This document shows, piece after piece, positions 22,536 to 44,100 of a DNA stretch of 64,000 nucleotides. Origin of the DNA: Gracilinanus agilis (Eukaryota); assembly GCF_016433145.1 (NCBI RefSeq), contig NC_058133.1:256020801-256084800 (forward strand), read 5' to 3'. The notes beneath the pieces were generated by a model. It did no database searches. It saw only the letters and a list, made by a program, of their open reading frames with translations, and had not been told where the DNA came from. Position numbers and translations under genes: made by a program. Positions within the stretch are counted from its first letter, which is position 1. Each line of letters starts with the position of its first letter.

Positions 22536-25500
22536 CAACTCAAGGATGTGGCAATTAAGGTCTTAAAGGATAGGGATTTCAACAGGTGAAGATTAGAAAG
22601 GAGAGAAAGCATGCAAAGGCATAGATATCTAGGACAATTTTGTAAGATGATATAGTTTGTATCTATGGGGTATGAACTTAGGTTATAAAGGTAAAGTGGA
22701 GCCCTAAAAAAAAAGTTCTAGTAATGATTATAGATAAGATGAGACATTTATAAAGTGTTTAGCATAGTAAGCACTTAATAAATTCTTATTCCTCTCTCCC
22801 CTTCTTTTCCTTTCTAGAATACATCTCTCGTTATGGCTCCCATCCAGTCTGGGCTGACTATCGACGCAACCACAAAGGTGGCATCCCACCACAGCGAACC
22901 CGAAGGACATGCATTGTGAGTAGAAGGGGGAAGGGAGTTGAGTCTCTGGCACAAAGATTCAGGGGTGACAAGGTGGGATTGAAAGGACCTTGAAAAGGCA
23001 TGTGTGTTAATTCCTGAAATTTCTACCCATCTCTTATATCTCCTACAGAGAGGGAATAAAGTTTCTGGAAACCCTTGCCCCATCTGCCGGGATCAGAAGC
23101 TCCATGTGGATTTTAGAGTAAGGAACCTTCAAATCGACTCTTTACTCCTCTCAGGGACTAGAGTTATTTATACTATGTTAAATGGTTATATTTTTGCTAT
23201 CCATCCACTCTACCTTTAATACCTTAAAATGACTGAGTGTTATCCCCTATTCTTCCAGTTTTTGAAAAGGAGGTGACTTTTGTTACTCCTCTCCTCTACC
23301 TTTGCACCTCAAAATGATTGAGGCTATAAATCTCAGAGAAGATACAACCCTGTATTGGCAGGGAAGGTTTTTTCATCTGGGAATTTTCTATATCAGTGAA
23401 ATCACAGTTTCAGTCTCTATCCCAATCACCTACATTATCACCAATGTGTTCCCTTAGTGCCACCTTGTATAACAAAGAATTTAAAAAGAGGAACAGAATA
23501 GAGATTAGCAAAATTAACCAATGTTGAAAAAGTCTGACAATATTGGTGGTATTCTACACCCATAGTCCCAGGGATGCCTTCTCATGTGGTGTCTTAGGGG
23601 GTCAAACTTGATGGTGGCAGAGGAAGGTAAGAGTCTGGAAGAGGTGCTGATATTTTTAATCTTTAGTATAATATTACTAAAAACCTTCAACCTCTGACCC
23701 CAAGAATTTATAATAAAAAGTGGCATTCAAAACAGATGAATATCCAAATGTTAGAATGTTCATATTGCCCTCTCACACATATACTGTATATATTGGACTG
23801 CATAAGGAAGATGAATCTAGCAGTTCTGTGGAGGATTAGGATAAATGTGGAATTGGGGTGGTCAATGTCCCTGAATAAAAGACTTTGTGGAGGTAAGCAT
23901 TCCTTCCAGGAAACTAGAAAAAGTAGGAAGGAACCAGATAATGACAGACTTTGAACACCAAAATGAGGATTTTATATTTGATTGTGTTAATAATATGGAT
24001 CCACTGAAGTTTATTGGGGAGCTAGGTGCTGAAATGGAGAGAGATTTGAGGCAAAAAGACTGTTTAGAAGTCTATTGCAATAGTTCAAGCATGAAGTAAT
24101 GAGGGTAGCCAGGGTAGTGAGTATCAGAGGAGAGAAAAGGGTCTATATGAGAGATATTACATATCAGAGTTTTAGAAGGATAGAATCCACAGGCCTTGAC
24201 ACCAGATTAGATATAGGACTGGGAGAGAATGAGGAGTTATGGATGGCACTTAAGTTATGGATTCAAAGAATGATGGTTCTCTTAACAGTAATAGAGAAGT
24301 TAAGAAGAGGAAAGTTTGTGGGTGTGGGGTAGGGTTGGCAGGGGGAGTGCACTGCAGAGATCCTGAGTTCAGTTTTAGACATAGTAAGTTTAAGATATCC
24401 AATTCCATTTGTCCAGTAGGAAGTTGAATATCAGGATAGAGGTTAAGACTGGATAAATAGATCTGAGAATCATCTGCATAGAGATGATTATTGAACCTGT
24501 TAGGAACTGATCAAGAAAATAGGATAGAGGAAGAAGAGAAGAGGACCCAGGACACAACCTTAGGGGGCTACTCAAGGGTTAGTGGCACAACCTGGATGAA
24601 TATCCAGCAAAGAAGTCTTAAGAAGTAGTAGTTATAACTACTACAAATAGGAGGAGAACCAGGAAATAGTGTCATGAATACCTAAAGAGAAGAGACTATT
24701 AAGATCATTTCTCACGTAGTTGCACCACTTTAATACTTCTCCTACTTGTTTCTACTCTGCCCCAGGAAGCTCATTACTGGGATAACCTCAATATCCTGTA
24801 AGTTCTCATCAGCCATGGTATTCTTTATCTCAGGGGTCGGCCACGTATGGCTCTCGAGCCATATCTGGCTCTTTTGAGACCAGATATGGCTCTTTCTGCA
24901 GGAGCCATAAAGTCATTTTTTTTTTCAGGCACTGTTACAGGAGCGTGCACTGTGAGCACTGTACGGCTCTCACGAAATTACATTTTAAAAAATGTGGCGT
25001 TTATGGCTCTCACAGCCAAAAAGGTTGCTGACCCCTGCTTTTATCTCATCACTACTGTCTGCCTTTCTCATTAGAGGTTGGGGTCATGAATGCTGAGCCT
25101 CTATTTAAGGAGAGACCTCAGCTTTAATAATTTTTTACTGGCTGCACTACTTTGAGATTTCCCTGACTTCATCTCTCTCCTGACTTTCTAAGGGCCCAAG
25201 TACTTAATTTTTCCACATTTGTATTCTTGGTACTTGGCACTTAACAGGTGATTAGTACTTATTGAACTTAATTCCTAGTATCAGTTTGCAGAAGTCAAGA
25301 AGGGGGCAGCTGGGTAGCTCAGTGGATTGAGAACCAAGCCTAGAGATGGGAGGTCCTAGATTCAAATTTGACCTCAGACACTTTCCAGTTGTGTGACCCT
25401 GGGCAAGTCACTTAAGCCCCATTGCCTAGCCCTTACCACTCTTCTGCCTTGGAGCCAATCAAGACAGAAGGTAAGAGTTTTATTTTAAAAAAAAAATCAA

Positions 25501-28305
25501 GAACGATGTGGATTGAGAAAGGGCTATTAGATTAAATTCATTAAGATATTATTAATAACTTTAGAGAGAACAATTTCAGTTGAAAGATGAGGTAGGGAAC
25601 CAGAATGTAGAGAGTTAAGAGAATGAGAGGAAAGGAAGTAGAAGCACCAATTGAAATAGCCTTCTCTAAGAGTTTAGCCATAAAAGGGAGGGGAGATATA
25701 GAATGATAGCTCTCAGAGATGGATGAATCAAGGGAAGAATTTTGAAGATGGGGAAGATATGGGCATATTTTTAGGCAGCAGGAAAACAACCAATAGATAA
25801 GGAAAGATTAAAGGGTAATGAAAGAGTAGGTATTAATAAAGAAGCATTCTGCTGATGAAGATGGGGTAGACTGGGATCATTTGTGCAGGGTGATGGGTTT
25901 GTCTTTGCAAAAAGAAAGGCTTCCTCTTCTAGTGAAGAAATGGAGATGAAGAAGGAAGAGATTGTGGGGAAGGCATTTTGAGCAATTGGAGGATGAGGGG
26001 AGAAGAAACTCCTGGCTAATGGCCTCAGTTTTTTAATCAAATATGAGCATAGGTTCTCAACAGAGAAGAGAGAATGGAGGATAGAGAGAGGAAGCCATAA
26101 TAGGTTTTGAAGAGGGCCAAGTTAATATTATGTAATAATTTTGTAGTGGACCTAAGTTGTTAGCAGTTTTATGGTTTTTCTCTAGCTTTGTTTAGATGCA
26201 TATAAGAGTGAAAAATTGAATAATGTGGGTAATCTGAAACTGGGGCAATAGAAAGGCAGGGGTAGAAGTATAAAAGGAAGGATGAAAGAGCAGCCATATT
26301 GGGAGTATTGTCTTTTAGGAATGAGGAAAACTTGTTAGGTTAATACTATCACAGAATCTCATAATTTTAGTGATTTTGGAGGTCATTTAATCCAACCCCT
26401 TCCTGAAACATGAGTTCACTCTTCCAACCATACCACTTAAAAGGTTTAATCTTCTCTCTTCTTATTCCTTCAGTCAGGGGACTCTAAAATGGATGAGGTA
26501 AGAATTTCAAAATTGTAGGATTTCCAGATGGGGTGTTTTGTCAGCATAAAAAGAGAAATGGAAACAAAAAAAAAACAAAACCAAAAAAAACCTTGATTAA
26601 AGCATTCTTCTCTTCCCCTCAACTGTCCAGTGATATTAAGGTAGAAAGATGGTTATTGGGACATTTTCTCCTTTCTTATTTTTAGGATTCTACAACATGC
26701 AAAGTGACTGGCTTTCATTACTAATACTGAACATTGTTTATTCCTTGTATGTTCTGGAGTATTAGCTAAACCAGTGGTTCCCAAACTTTTTTGGCCTACC
26801 GCCTCCTTTCCAGGAAAAATATTACTTAGCCCCCTGGAAATTAATTTTTAAAAAATTTTAATAGCAATTAATAGGAAAGATAAATGCTGCTGTGGCCATC
26901 ACCGCCTCCCTGGATTGCTGCAGCACCCACCAGGAGGCGGTGGCACCCACTTTGGGAATCACTGAGCTAAACCATTATGTCAGGGAAAAATGAGGGACCT
27001 ATTTGAATGAGCTAAAGAGGTTGCCAGGAGGGATTACATGAGACAAGTGTGGGAGCTTGAACTTGAAAGTTTTAAGGTCTAAGTATGGTTACCCTTCTTG
27101 CTAGGAACACTCCCAGCCCTAGAGGCCTAGGCCTGGAGACTTCCCCTAAATGAACATCACAGCTATTGGAGAGATAAATCATACAATACTCCTACAGAAA
27201 GCAGATAAACTATCAACTTAATTTTCAGTAAAGTGGGTATAAGTGACCTACTTAAGGTCACATGGCTAGGAAGTGGCAAAATCTGAACTGGCAGAATTCA
27301 GGCCTTTTAGAATTTTCAGTCCTTCCTTACTTGAGGGCAAAAACTATTTTCCCCCCTTTGTATTCCTAGTGCTTTGCTTAAATTAGGACCTTAATATTTC
27401 TTGATTAATTGATCATAAGTCTCATCTTTCTAGCCCATAGGAAGGGATAAAAAAATCTGGCAATAGTAATACAGTTGGGCCCTGTACCTAATGATTCCAT
27501 ATCCACTGTTCAGTTACCCTTGGGTAACCATGGGGTAAAAATAGATTTAAGTGAAGCAGGTTTGCATGAAGTTGTCAGCCTCACCCTCTTCTAGAGTCAT
27601 TGAAGTCCAGGGGCAAGACAGAATTCAGGAGACCTGGTGATGGCTTGAGATTTGGTTACCACTTTCATGGTCATTGGAGCAAATTGACCTCATTCACCCA
27701 TTCTGCTAGGGAAAGTCTTCACATGCCCCCAAGGTAGAAACCCCACTGATGCACCAATGGATTTGTGGGCCTGTTGGTTACCTTCAACCTGGTTTAGCCC
27801 ATCTGCTGAGATGGATTTACCAAGGTGTGGCTGCTGTGCATTCTATAGCTTCTTGAAACCACAGGTGAAAGTTGAGTACCAGGTGGACACTAAAGGTGAG
27901 TGAGCAATGGGTTGATGGGGATATGATTGGGAATATAGACTCTAAACCAGTGGTTCCCAAACTTTTTTGGCCTACCGCCCCCTTTCCAGAAAAAAATATT
28001 ACTTAGCCCCCTGGAAATTAATTTTTAAAAAATTTTAATAGCAATTAATAGGAAAGATAAATGCACCTGTGGCCATCACCACTTCCCCTGGATCGCTGTA
28101 GCACCCACCAGGGGGCGGTGGCGCCCACTTTGAGAATCACTGCTCTAAAGGATCACCTAGTACAAATATCAATAATATGGAAATAGGTCTTGATCAGTGA
28201 CACAGGTAACACCCAGTGGAATTGTGTGTTGGCTAAGGGAGTGGGGTGGAAGGAGGAAAGGGAAAGAACATAAATCACGTAACCATGGAAGAATTTTCTT
28301 AATAA

Positions 28306-28336
<31 letters not shown>

Positions 28337-30369
28337 AAGGTGAGTGAGCAGCCCTGAAAAGGCCCTCATACCGGAAGTGCTAGTCCTCCCTGAATATTCC
28401 CATATACTCTTGAGAGAATACAGTACTGTGTAATGTGCAATGTTATTACTGTCTTTATTGTTGTAATCTTACTGTGTGTTTAATTTATCAAACTCGATTA
28501 TATGTATGTACAAGAAAACCATGTTATATATAGGATCAGCAAGTGTTCACTTATATCTGAGGTTTCAGCCATCCTCTGAGGTAGGTCTGAAGTAGAAATG
28601 TATCCTCTACTAGTATATAGATCCTACTATATATAGAAAAAAGTTAAATTTGGCATAACCGTGTTTGGTATGGGTTTTGGGTACTAGGTTTATCAAAAGA
28701 AGGGTAGAGCACTGTTGTCTTAAAGTTAAGGAAAACTTTATGGATGAGCTGAATATGGGGAGAGGTTGGGGATTTTGGAATAGAATGTGGAAGGACATAC
28801 CTATTTTGATATTCTTGCCTATTTTGATATTACTATAACCTCCATTTCCCTCCATTTCTTTATTTCTTTTCAGAATGTGAAGCTCTTGGAACAGTTTGTC
28901 TGTGCTCACACAGGTGTCATCTTCCATGCCCCATATACAGGTTAGATCCCAACCCGTTAGAGGGCGGTTCTTTCCTTATAGTTTCTCCTGAATCTACAGA
29001 AAACAATTCCCTTCCTTATTTAGATTCTCAGAGACTTATAAAAAGCATAGAACATATAGGCACCAGTCTTTAGAAAATGTCCAGTCCAGGGGCAGCTGGG
29101 TAGCTCAGTGGATTGAGAGTCAGGCCTAGAGAATGGAGGTCCTAGGTTCAAATCCGGCCTCAGACACTTCCCAGCTATGTGACCCTGGGCAAGTCACTTG
29201 ACCCCCATTGCCCACCCTTGCCACTCTTCCACCTATGAACCAATACACAGAAGTTAAGGGTTAAAAGAAAAGAAAAGAAAATGACCAGTCCAGTAGCAAA
29301 GATACAAAGGTTACACATAAATGTGGATTGAGATGCATATGAACAAGGGCAAAATTTTGAGCAAACCCAACTTTGGAAAGTAGAACTATATCTAAAAAGT
29401 AAATGAAGGGACAATTGATTTCAAAAGGGTTAGGCATTTCACTTTGAATGATAGGATTTCTTTAAATTGTAAGGTTTCTTGAGCACTTAAATGAGTCTCA
29501 GTTCCTAAAATTGGATCCTACATATCTGTTACAGAAGACATGGCATTTAATACTTGAATTGTTCAAATAAGCTAATGTACTTAATCTGTACATTGAGAAG
29601 AATCTTTTTAAAGTCCTAGTCCACCACCACCCTATTCTATTCCCAGAGGTAAGATTATGCCAACATAAAATGATTACATCTCTTTTTTATTCCTTCATTT
29701 TTTCCTTTTACAAGGTGTCTGTATGAAGCAGCATAAAAAGCTGACAGAGGCTATCATGAAGGCCAGAGACCATGGTGAGTATTCAGAAGGGGACAAGGTG
29801 TTTTAGAAGCAGGCAGAGGACCTGGGCCTAAATGGATGAGTGTATGTGTGTGTATTCTGAGAGTCTGAGAAGAAGTGTAGATCTTTCTCTTCCCATTGTC
29901 TTTTCTATACAAGTTATATTTACCATTTCAGGGTCTCATTAAGGCCTCATCTCCTTATCCCTAAACTCCATCAGTTGACCTCCCTTCTCTCTCATCACTT
30001 TCATCTCAACCTTCCTTGCCTCATGATACCCCTATTTAATGCCTTCTGTAATTATACAGTGCCTTCTATTTCATTCTTTTCCCCATATTTTTCATCTCTC
30101 CAGGCTTACTCAACTACCATATCCCACTGGTACAGCCACGGGATACTGATTTCAGCAACTCCCATGGAGCTGTGGGCTGTACGCCAATGGCTCCTGCCCT
30201 AGCTGCAGGTACTGCCTGGTATCCATGGTACACATGGCAGCAGCCACCTGAGAGAGAGCTGGCCCGTCTTCGACGTTTGTATCAAGGCCACCTTAAGGAA
30301 GAGAGTGGACCCCCACCTGAGATGATGCCCATAGTTCCATCTCAAACCAATGTTCTCACTGAAGGATAG
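19722..30369 (+). CDS. MRPS18B: Mitochondrial ribosomal protein S18B (mS40), 7 exons, 246 aa
   Basis: Exons 19722-19799, 21372-21474, 22818-22915, 23049-23117, 28874-28940, 29715-29774, 30104-30369; GT-AG, 741 nt, open. Arg/Leu-rich presequence [14 protein letters not shown]; [28 protein letters not shown] and [22 protein letters not shown] motifs. Confidence 0.96.
22088..22480 (+). mobile_element. tRNA-derived SINE interrupted by a hAT MITE
   Basis: SINE head breaks after GTTTAGTA (22110) and resumes at 22308 with the same 8-mer. Confidence 0.85.
22111..22307. mobile_element. Non-autonomous hAT DNA transposon (MITE), family A
   Basis: Ends CAGTTATGG ... TTTGCCCATCACTG; perfect 8-bp TSD GTTTAGTA. 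Confidence 0.88.
24831..25037. mobile_element. Non-autonomous hAT DNA transposon (MITE), family B
   Basis: TIRs CAGGGGTCGGCCAC ... GTTGCTGACCCCTG; TSD CTTTATCT / CTTTTATCT; internal palindrome TATGGCTCTCGAGCCATA. Confidence 0.88.
25302..25497 (+). mobile_element. tRNA-derived SINE
   Basis: Full head, core and A tail. Confidence 0.85.
26772..26964. mobile_element. Non-autonomous hAT DNA transposon (MITE), family C copy 1
   Basis: TIRs CAGTGGTTCCCAAA ... TTTGGGAATCACTG; perfect TSD AGCTAAAC. Confidence 0.9.
27555..27900 (-). mobile_element. RTE non-LTR retrotransposon 5' fragment
   Basis: Reverse complement resembles the recalled marsupial RTE 5' end (CCTTTAGTGTCCACCTGG..CTCACCTGTGG..GGGCTAAACCAGGTTGAAGGTAACC). 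Confidence 0.55.
27905..28335 (+). mobile_element. Marsupial L1 3' terminus
   Basis: GGAAATAGGTCTTGATCA..CCCAGTGGAATTG..GGGAAAGAACAT..GTAACCATGG followed by an A/TA tail; similar to 61658-62542. Confidence 0.8.
27948..28142. mobile_element. Non-autonomous hAT DNA transposon (MITE), family C copy 2, nested in an L1 3' end
   Basis: Same TIRs and closely similar body to 26772-26964; TSD CTCTAAAC/CTCTAAAG. Confidence 0.9.
29089..29276 (+). mobile_element. tRNA-derived SINE (SINE1_Mdo type)
   Basis: Full length; TSD AGAAAATG(T/A)CCAGTCCA. Confidence 0.9.
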
Positions 30370-30635
30370 GAAACCACTAATATCCAGTAGAAAGAACTGA
30401 TTTACTTTGGGATGCTCCAGTGCATAAGAGATGGATGTGAGAATGTCCTGAAGCCTGGACTAAACTGATCCTTGTCCCTAGTCTCTTTAGAAATGGCTAG
30501 GATATTGGTATGTGCTAGCCTAGGGGAGAAGGTAAATGAAGCTTGTCTGAATAAGTGTTTTGATTTACTTTTCTTTCTATTGCCCCTACCCACATTTTTT
30601 AAGTTACAGGGATAGGGATGTTCCTGACCCTTCAT

Positions 30636-30641
30636 AATAAA
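30636..30641 (+). terminator. MRPS18B poly(A) signal AATAAA (second candidate 30825-30830)
   Basis: AATAAA followed by U/GU-rich TTCTTTTGTTATTGATGTGT. Confidence 0.65.
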
Positions 30642-31099
30642 AATTCTTTTGTTATTGATGTGTCTCTGACTTGTTTTTAGATTGTTGGCAGCACATTCTT
30701 ATGCTTTTGCTATTCCTCCCAAAAATGAGTTAGGGAAGGAGGAGTAGGGAATGCTGTAGATATAAATGGAGTTATTTATGTATCATGATTTCTGAGTGAG
30801 TTGTGCATCCCTGGTTCTTCACGCTAATAAAATCATTGGTCCAGATCAAATCTTATCCTGAAACTGATTTCTTTAGTTAGGGACCGGATTTGGATCTCTA
30901 AGAAAAATTGTTTGGCTAGTTACCTTTTTTGGGGCACCCTGAGGCTGCTTAAATTGGTTACCCAGATATGGGGCTAGAAGGAAGATTTTTATTATGGAAG
31001 GGAGTGTTAACCACGAGGTTTCTTGGGCGAGAGGGGAGAAGGATCACTAGGTCACAGCAATTGGCTTTGTGGATATAACAGAACCTCCTGGAGAATTAA

Positions 31100-39900
<8,801 letters not shown>

Positions 39901-39988
39901 CCAGGAACCCCCGGCTCATCCTTCCAGGGCTAAGCTCCAAGACTGGAAATACCCCCATGGAGAAATACAGAGCCCCAGCCTCGGGAAC

Positions 39989-40028
39989 GTTGGTTGGTTG
40001 GTTGGTTGGTTGGTTGGTTGGTTGGTTG
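39989..40028 (+). repeat. (GTTG)10 microsatellite in the ATAT1 long-isoform 3' UTR
   Basis: Perfect tetranucleotide repeat between the stop (39900) and ATTAAA (40113-40118). Confidence 0.95.
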
Positions 40029-40429
40029 GAGCTGGACACTTTCTTTTCCCATTCACTTGTCTTATCTGCCTAAATTGCCTTTTATTTTTAAACAGAGCAC
40101 TTTATTTTTCATATTAAAGGCTGGTGGTCAGGAGCCTGGATTTCAGTGTGATGTGTTGGGAAGATTCGTTCTGGGGTCTGGAGGTGGTTCAGGCTCTGGC
40201 CTTATATACCCCGAGTGACTTTAGGCAGGTCATTTTCACTTCCTTAACCTTAGTGTTCTCACCTGTAAAGCAAATGGGAAGCAAAATGAGCCTGAGGCCC
40301 CTTCTACGTTTATGTGGTCCAGCATCTCTGTTCCTAGGCCCACCTTTGACATTGTCTACTCTTTATTTCCTCTTCATATTGACATTTTTGCTCGCTTTTC
40401 ACTGCGGTTCCAGTGCTGTGGTTCGCAGT

Positions 40430-41160
40430 GGGTGTTCCTACATGCGCTTTTTCCCCATACGAGCCCCACCTGCCCCCGTTTGCCTTTTGCGCAAGCGCTG
40501 TGGGGTGCAACCTTGCAAGCCCCACTTTTTTTCCCCCCTGCAAAGCGCAGGCGCTCTTCCCGTAGTCTTAGCCCGCTACCTCTGGAGTTTGTAGTGCGCA
40601 GGCGCCTCGTCTCTGTTTCCTTTCCTCTCACTTTCTCCCCCTCCCCCCTTCCCCTTCACGAAGCCGGCCTTGGGGTGAGCTCACTCCGGTGCGGAGGCTA
40701 CTGAACGCCGGATTCGGGAGACATTCTCCCCACTCCCCGAAAATCATGTACCAGCCAAGTCGAGGAGCGGCCCGGAGGTTCGGCTGCTGCCTCCGCGCCT
40801 ACCAGGCCAGACTTCAGGTGAGGGGCAAGAAGGGGAGGGGGAAGAGAGGGGCAGCGCGAGCCCCCCTGCTGCTGCTCTGGTGCCGAGTTGGGCGGTGCGC
40901 GCCCTTGAGAAGAGGGAGCAGGCGCAGTGGCCTCCAACTCACCTCTCCCTTCCGGCCTCCCGCCCACGCCGACTTCCCTGCGCTGAGGACCCCTAAGGCT
41001 TCTGGCCCAGGGCGCCTAGTGGCATGGTATTGGACTCCCCAGACCACCCACCTGAGGATCTAGGCTGGTCTCGTGAAATTCGTGGGGGAGTGGCTTCCCT
41101 TCGGGTAGTTTAAGAATGTCTGTGGTGGTGTCCCCGGCCCGCTTTCTTCCTCCGTATCCG
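40430..41160 (+). promoter_or_regulatory. C6orf136 CpG-rich promoter and first exon region
   Basis: CpG-rich with several NRF1-like GCGCA(A/G)GCGC motifs (about 40488, 40544, 40596) upstream of the ATG at 40746. Confidence 0.7.
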
Positions 41161-44100
41161 GGAGGTTACCTGTAATTTGGAGGTGATTTGAAGGGCAGAG
41201 GGATAATAGAGCTTCAGGAAAGGGGTGGAGGGTCTAGCTGTAAAGCCCTAATTTTGCAAATCAACTCAAGGCAAGAGTGTGACATTCTATGCAAATATTG
41301 CATCTTGACACTGTATTATTCAGCTCCTTAAGGGGACCCATCCCCTCTCCCCAGTAGTCTTTTTTAGAACTGGGCCTGTTAGACCAGCGGAGCACCCTAG
41401 ACTGCCAGAGGGCGCTGAAATTTAGAGGTGTCGGTAGCTCATTCCTGCTCCAGAAATAATAGTCTAGCAGCTAGTTAACAAGAATTGCTAGAATGGGAAA
41501 TTGTCGGATTACTTCTGCTAGATGAGCAATTCCCAGACCCTGTTTGCTCTTCTATAGCTTCTTTCTCTTTACTCCCCAACCCTATGCACGAATTCTTACT
41601 TAATTAACCCTTTGCGTTTCCATGACCACCAACTGAATTAGATTTTAAAAGCCTCTTTGTGGATTTTGTGGCTTATGTTCCAAAATTGATGGTTAAGATT
41701 CTTGGCAAGCACTTCTCCACCAAGCTGTCACCATAACTGCCAAGATGCTCCCGAAACAAGAGAGTTCAATTTAATGGAGATATTTTCAGAGAAAGGTATT
41801 TCTGCACAGTTCATTTCTCCATAATTGCCGGTCCTGCTATTAAATGCTTTCTGGACATTTCTAGATTCAGAGTATCCAAATTTTTTCTTTTTTTAATCGT
41901 TTCCTTGAAATACATCTATTTTGGGGCAGCTAAGTGGCTTGGGGGATGTGGGTGTGGGTGTGGACAGGAGGTCCTGGGTTCAAATATGACTTTTGATATT
42001 TCCTAGATATATGATCCTGAGCAAGCCTCTTAACCCCAGTTGCCCTGCCCTTACCGATTTTCTGCCATAGAACCAATGGGTTCTGAGATAGAAGGTAAAG
42101 GTTTATTTAAAAAAGAAAAAGAAGGGCTCACTATTCTTCTAGTCACCTTGGTTCAAAACCTCCAAGTCATCCTTGACCCCTCAACTCTTTTTCATCACCA
42201 CCAGTAGTTCCTTCCTTATCCCCCATATCCAGTCATTTACTAAGTCTTGTTGATTCTACCTACACAATAAATCTTAAGTGCACCCTCTTCTTTCTACTCT
42301 TGGTTTAGGCCTTTAACAATTCTTACATGGACTTTAGCCAAATCGATATTCCTAAAGCACCACATACTCATCTGCTCAAGAAACCTTAGAGGCTTATAAT
42401 ATAAAATTCAGACTCCTCTTTGGCATTTAAATCCCTTCCCAAACTTGGCTTCTACCTATCTTTCCAGACTTAACTCACCTTACTTCCCTTTACACACTGT
42501 GTATTTCAGTCAAACTGGCCTAACTCAGTGTTCCCCATATACAACAGTAGTCCAGCTCCCATCTCCATGACTTCCCAAGCTGTCCCCTTGAGCCACAACG
42601 TTTTTTCCCTCACTTTCACCTGGAATCTGTAGTTGATGGTTCAGTTCGAGGACCACTTCTTACAAAAGCTTTTGCTGAGGGGCAGCTGGGTAGCTCAGTG
42701 GATAGAGAGTCAGGCCTAGAGACAGAAGGTCCTAGGTTCAAATCTGGCCTCAGACACTTCCCAACTGTGTGACCCTGGGCAAGTCACTTGACCCCCGTTG
42801 CCCACCCTTACCACTCTTCCACCTAGGAGCCAATACACAGAAGTTAAGGGTTTAAAAAAAAAAAAAAGAAAAACAAAGAAAAAAAAAAGCTTTTGCTGAT
42901 CCCCCCAGGTGTTAGTGATGTCTACCCCCAAATTACTTTGTACTTATTTTATACACATTTTGTATTTATGGGGGAGGAGCTTAATCTGTGATTTTATTAG
43001 CACAAGGAGGTCCTTGAAGGAAACTCCCTCTATCAATGCAGGTCAGCATTTCTCTGCAATATTAGTTCTTTTAAAGGATTGCCTAGAATAGCCACAGAGG
43101 CAGAACTTAGGCCTTTGTGTGTCCCTCACTCTATGAAGGAGGCCATATTTCTTTTATTATATTTATATTTTGTTTTTTTTTTTTGTAAAATGTAAGATTC
43201 TTATCCTCAGGGACACCTTTTGTTTTCTTTTGTGATCTACTGGAAAGAGTTTTAGTTTTAAGTCAGGCTTGGCAGCTAGCTTTATTCTGTGTCTATCTCC
43301 TCACTACCTGTGACCTTGAAAAAGTTGATTGGTTCTTTATTTAGAAAGAATAATCTATTTCCCAGAAACCTTTTAATATTAGAGCAAAATTAAAGTACCC
43401 TTGAAACCCTTATAGTGCTGACTTGGGAAAAAATCCTTTGTGTATAGGGTGGGGAGGGGAGAAAGAAAAGAATACTACATCGCTTAATTTCATCTATGTG
43501 TTCATCAAGATGTTATAATTGAATTTTACTGTAAATATGTGAAAATGAATTATTTCAACAGCAAAATCAGCACCTACTTTTGTTCAGTGTATGGTTTTGG
43601 GTAAGATAGGAGTTGATACAAAGTTTAAATATAATTCATGGACTCTTATCACCACAAAGCCTATAGATATAGCAGGGGAATAGGATACATAGATGATTAC
43701 ACAAATACAAAATTACACAAATGCATAAAAAAGAAAGTGGAAGGGGAAATTATTGGGACTTATCAAGGAGGCTTCCAGAGCATTTGAGCTTTAAAGAATG
43801 TTTAAACTGAGGGAAAGTAAAGTGAGGCAGAGAGGTTTGGCATTATTGGCTTCCCCTTTTATTCACTGGAAAATTGTCTTTCAAATCTTTTTCTCACCAA
43901 CCCACCTTTTTTTCTCTGGGAGCTGGTGACTTGACTTTTTACTTAACTGAGAAGATTGAGACCATGTGATGTAAGCTCTCTTTCACCTTTTCTTTCAATA
44001 CTTAAAACTCCATTATCATTATCTTCTCTTCTAATTTGTCTTCACAGGAAAAGAAATCTCCCTTCTCATTTAGGTTAATCTTACAGATGGGTTCTAATCG

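Larger units (their letters stand above)
27472..28613. mobile_element. Old TcMar-Tigger (MER44-like) element split by RTE, L1 and hAT insertions
   Basis: TA|CAGT start; TTCAGTTACCC..AAAAATAG 5' segment (27472-27545) and CTGAGGTTTCAGCCATCC 3' segment (about 28400-28613) resemble the recalled MER44 consensus. Confidence 0.55.
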
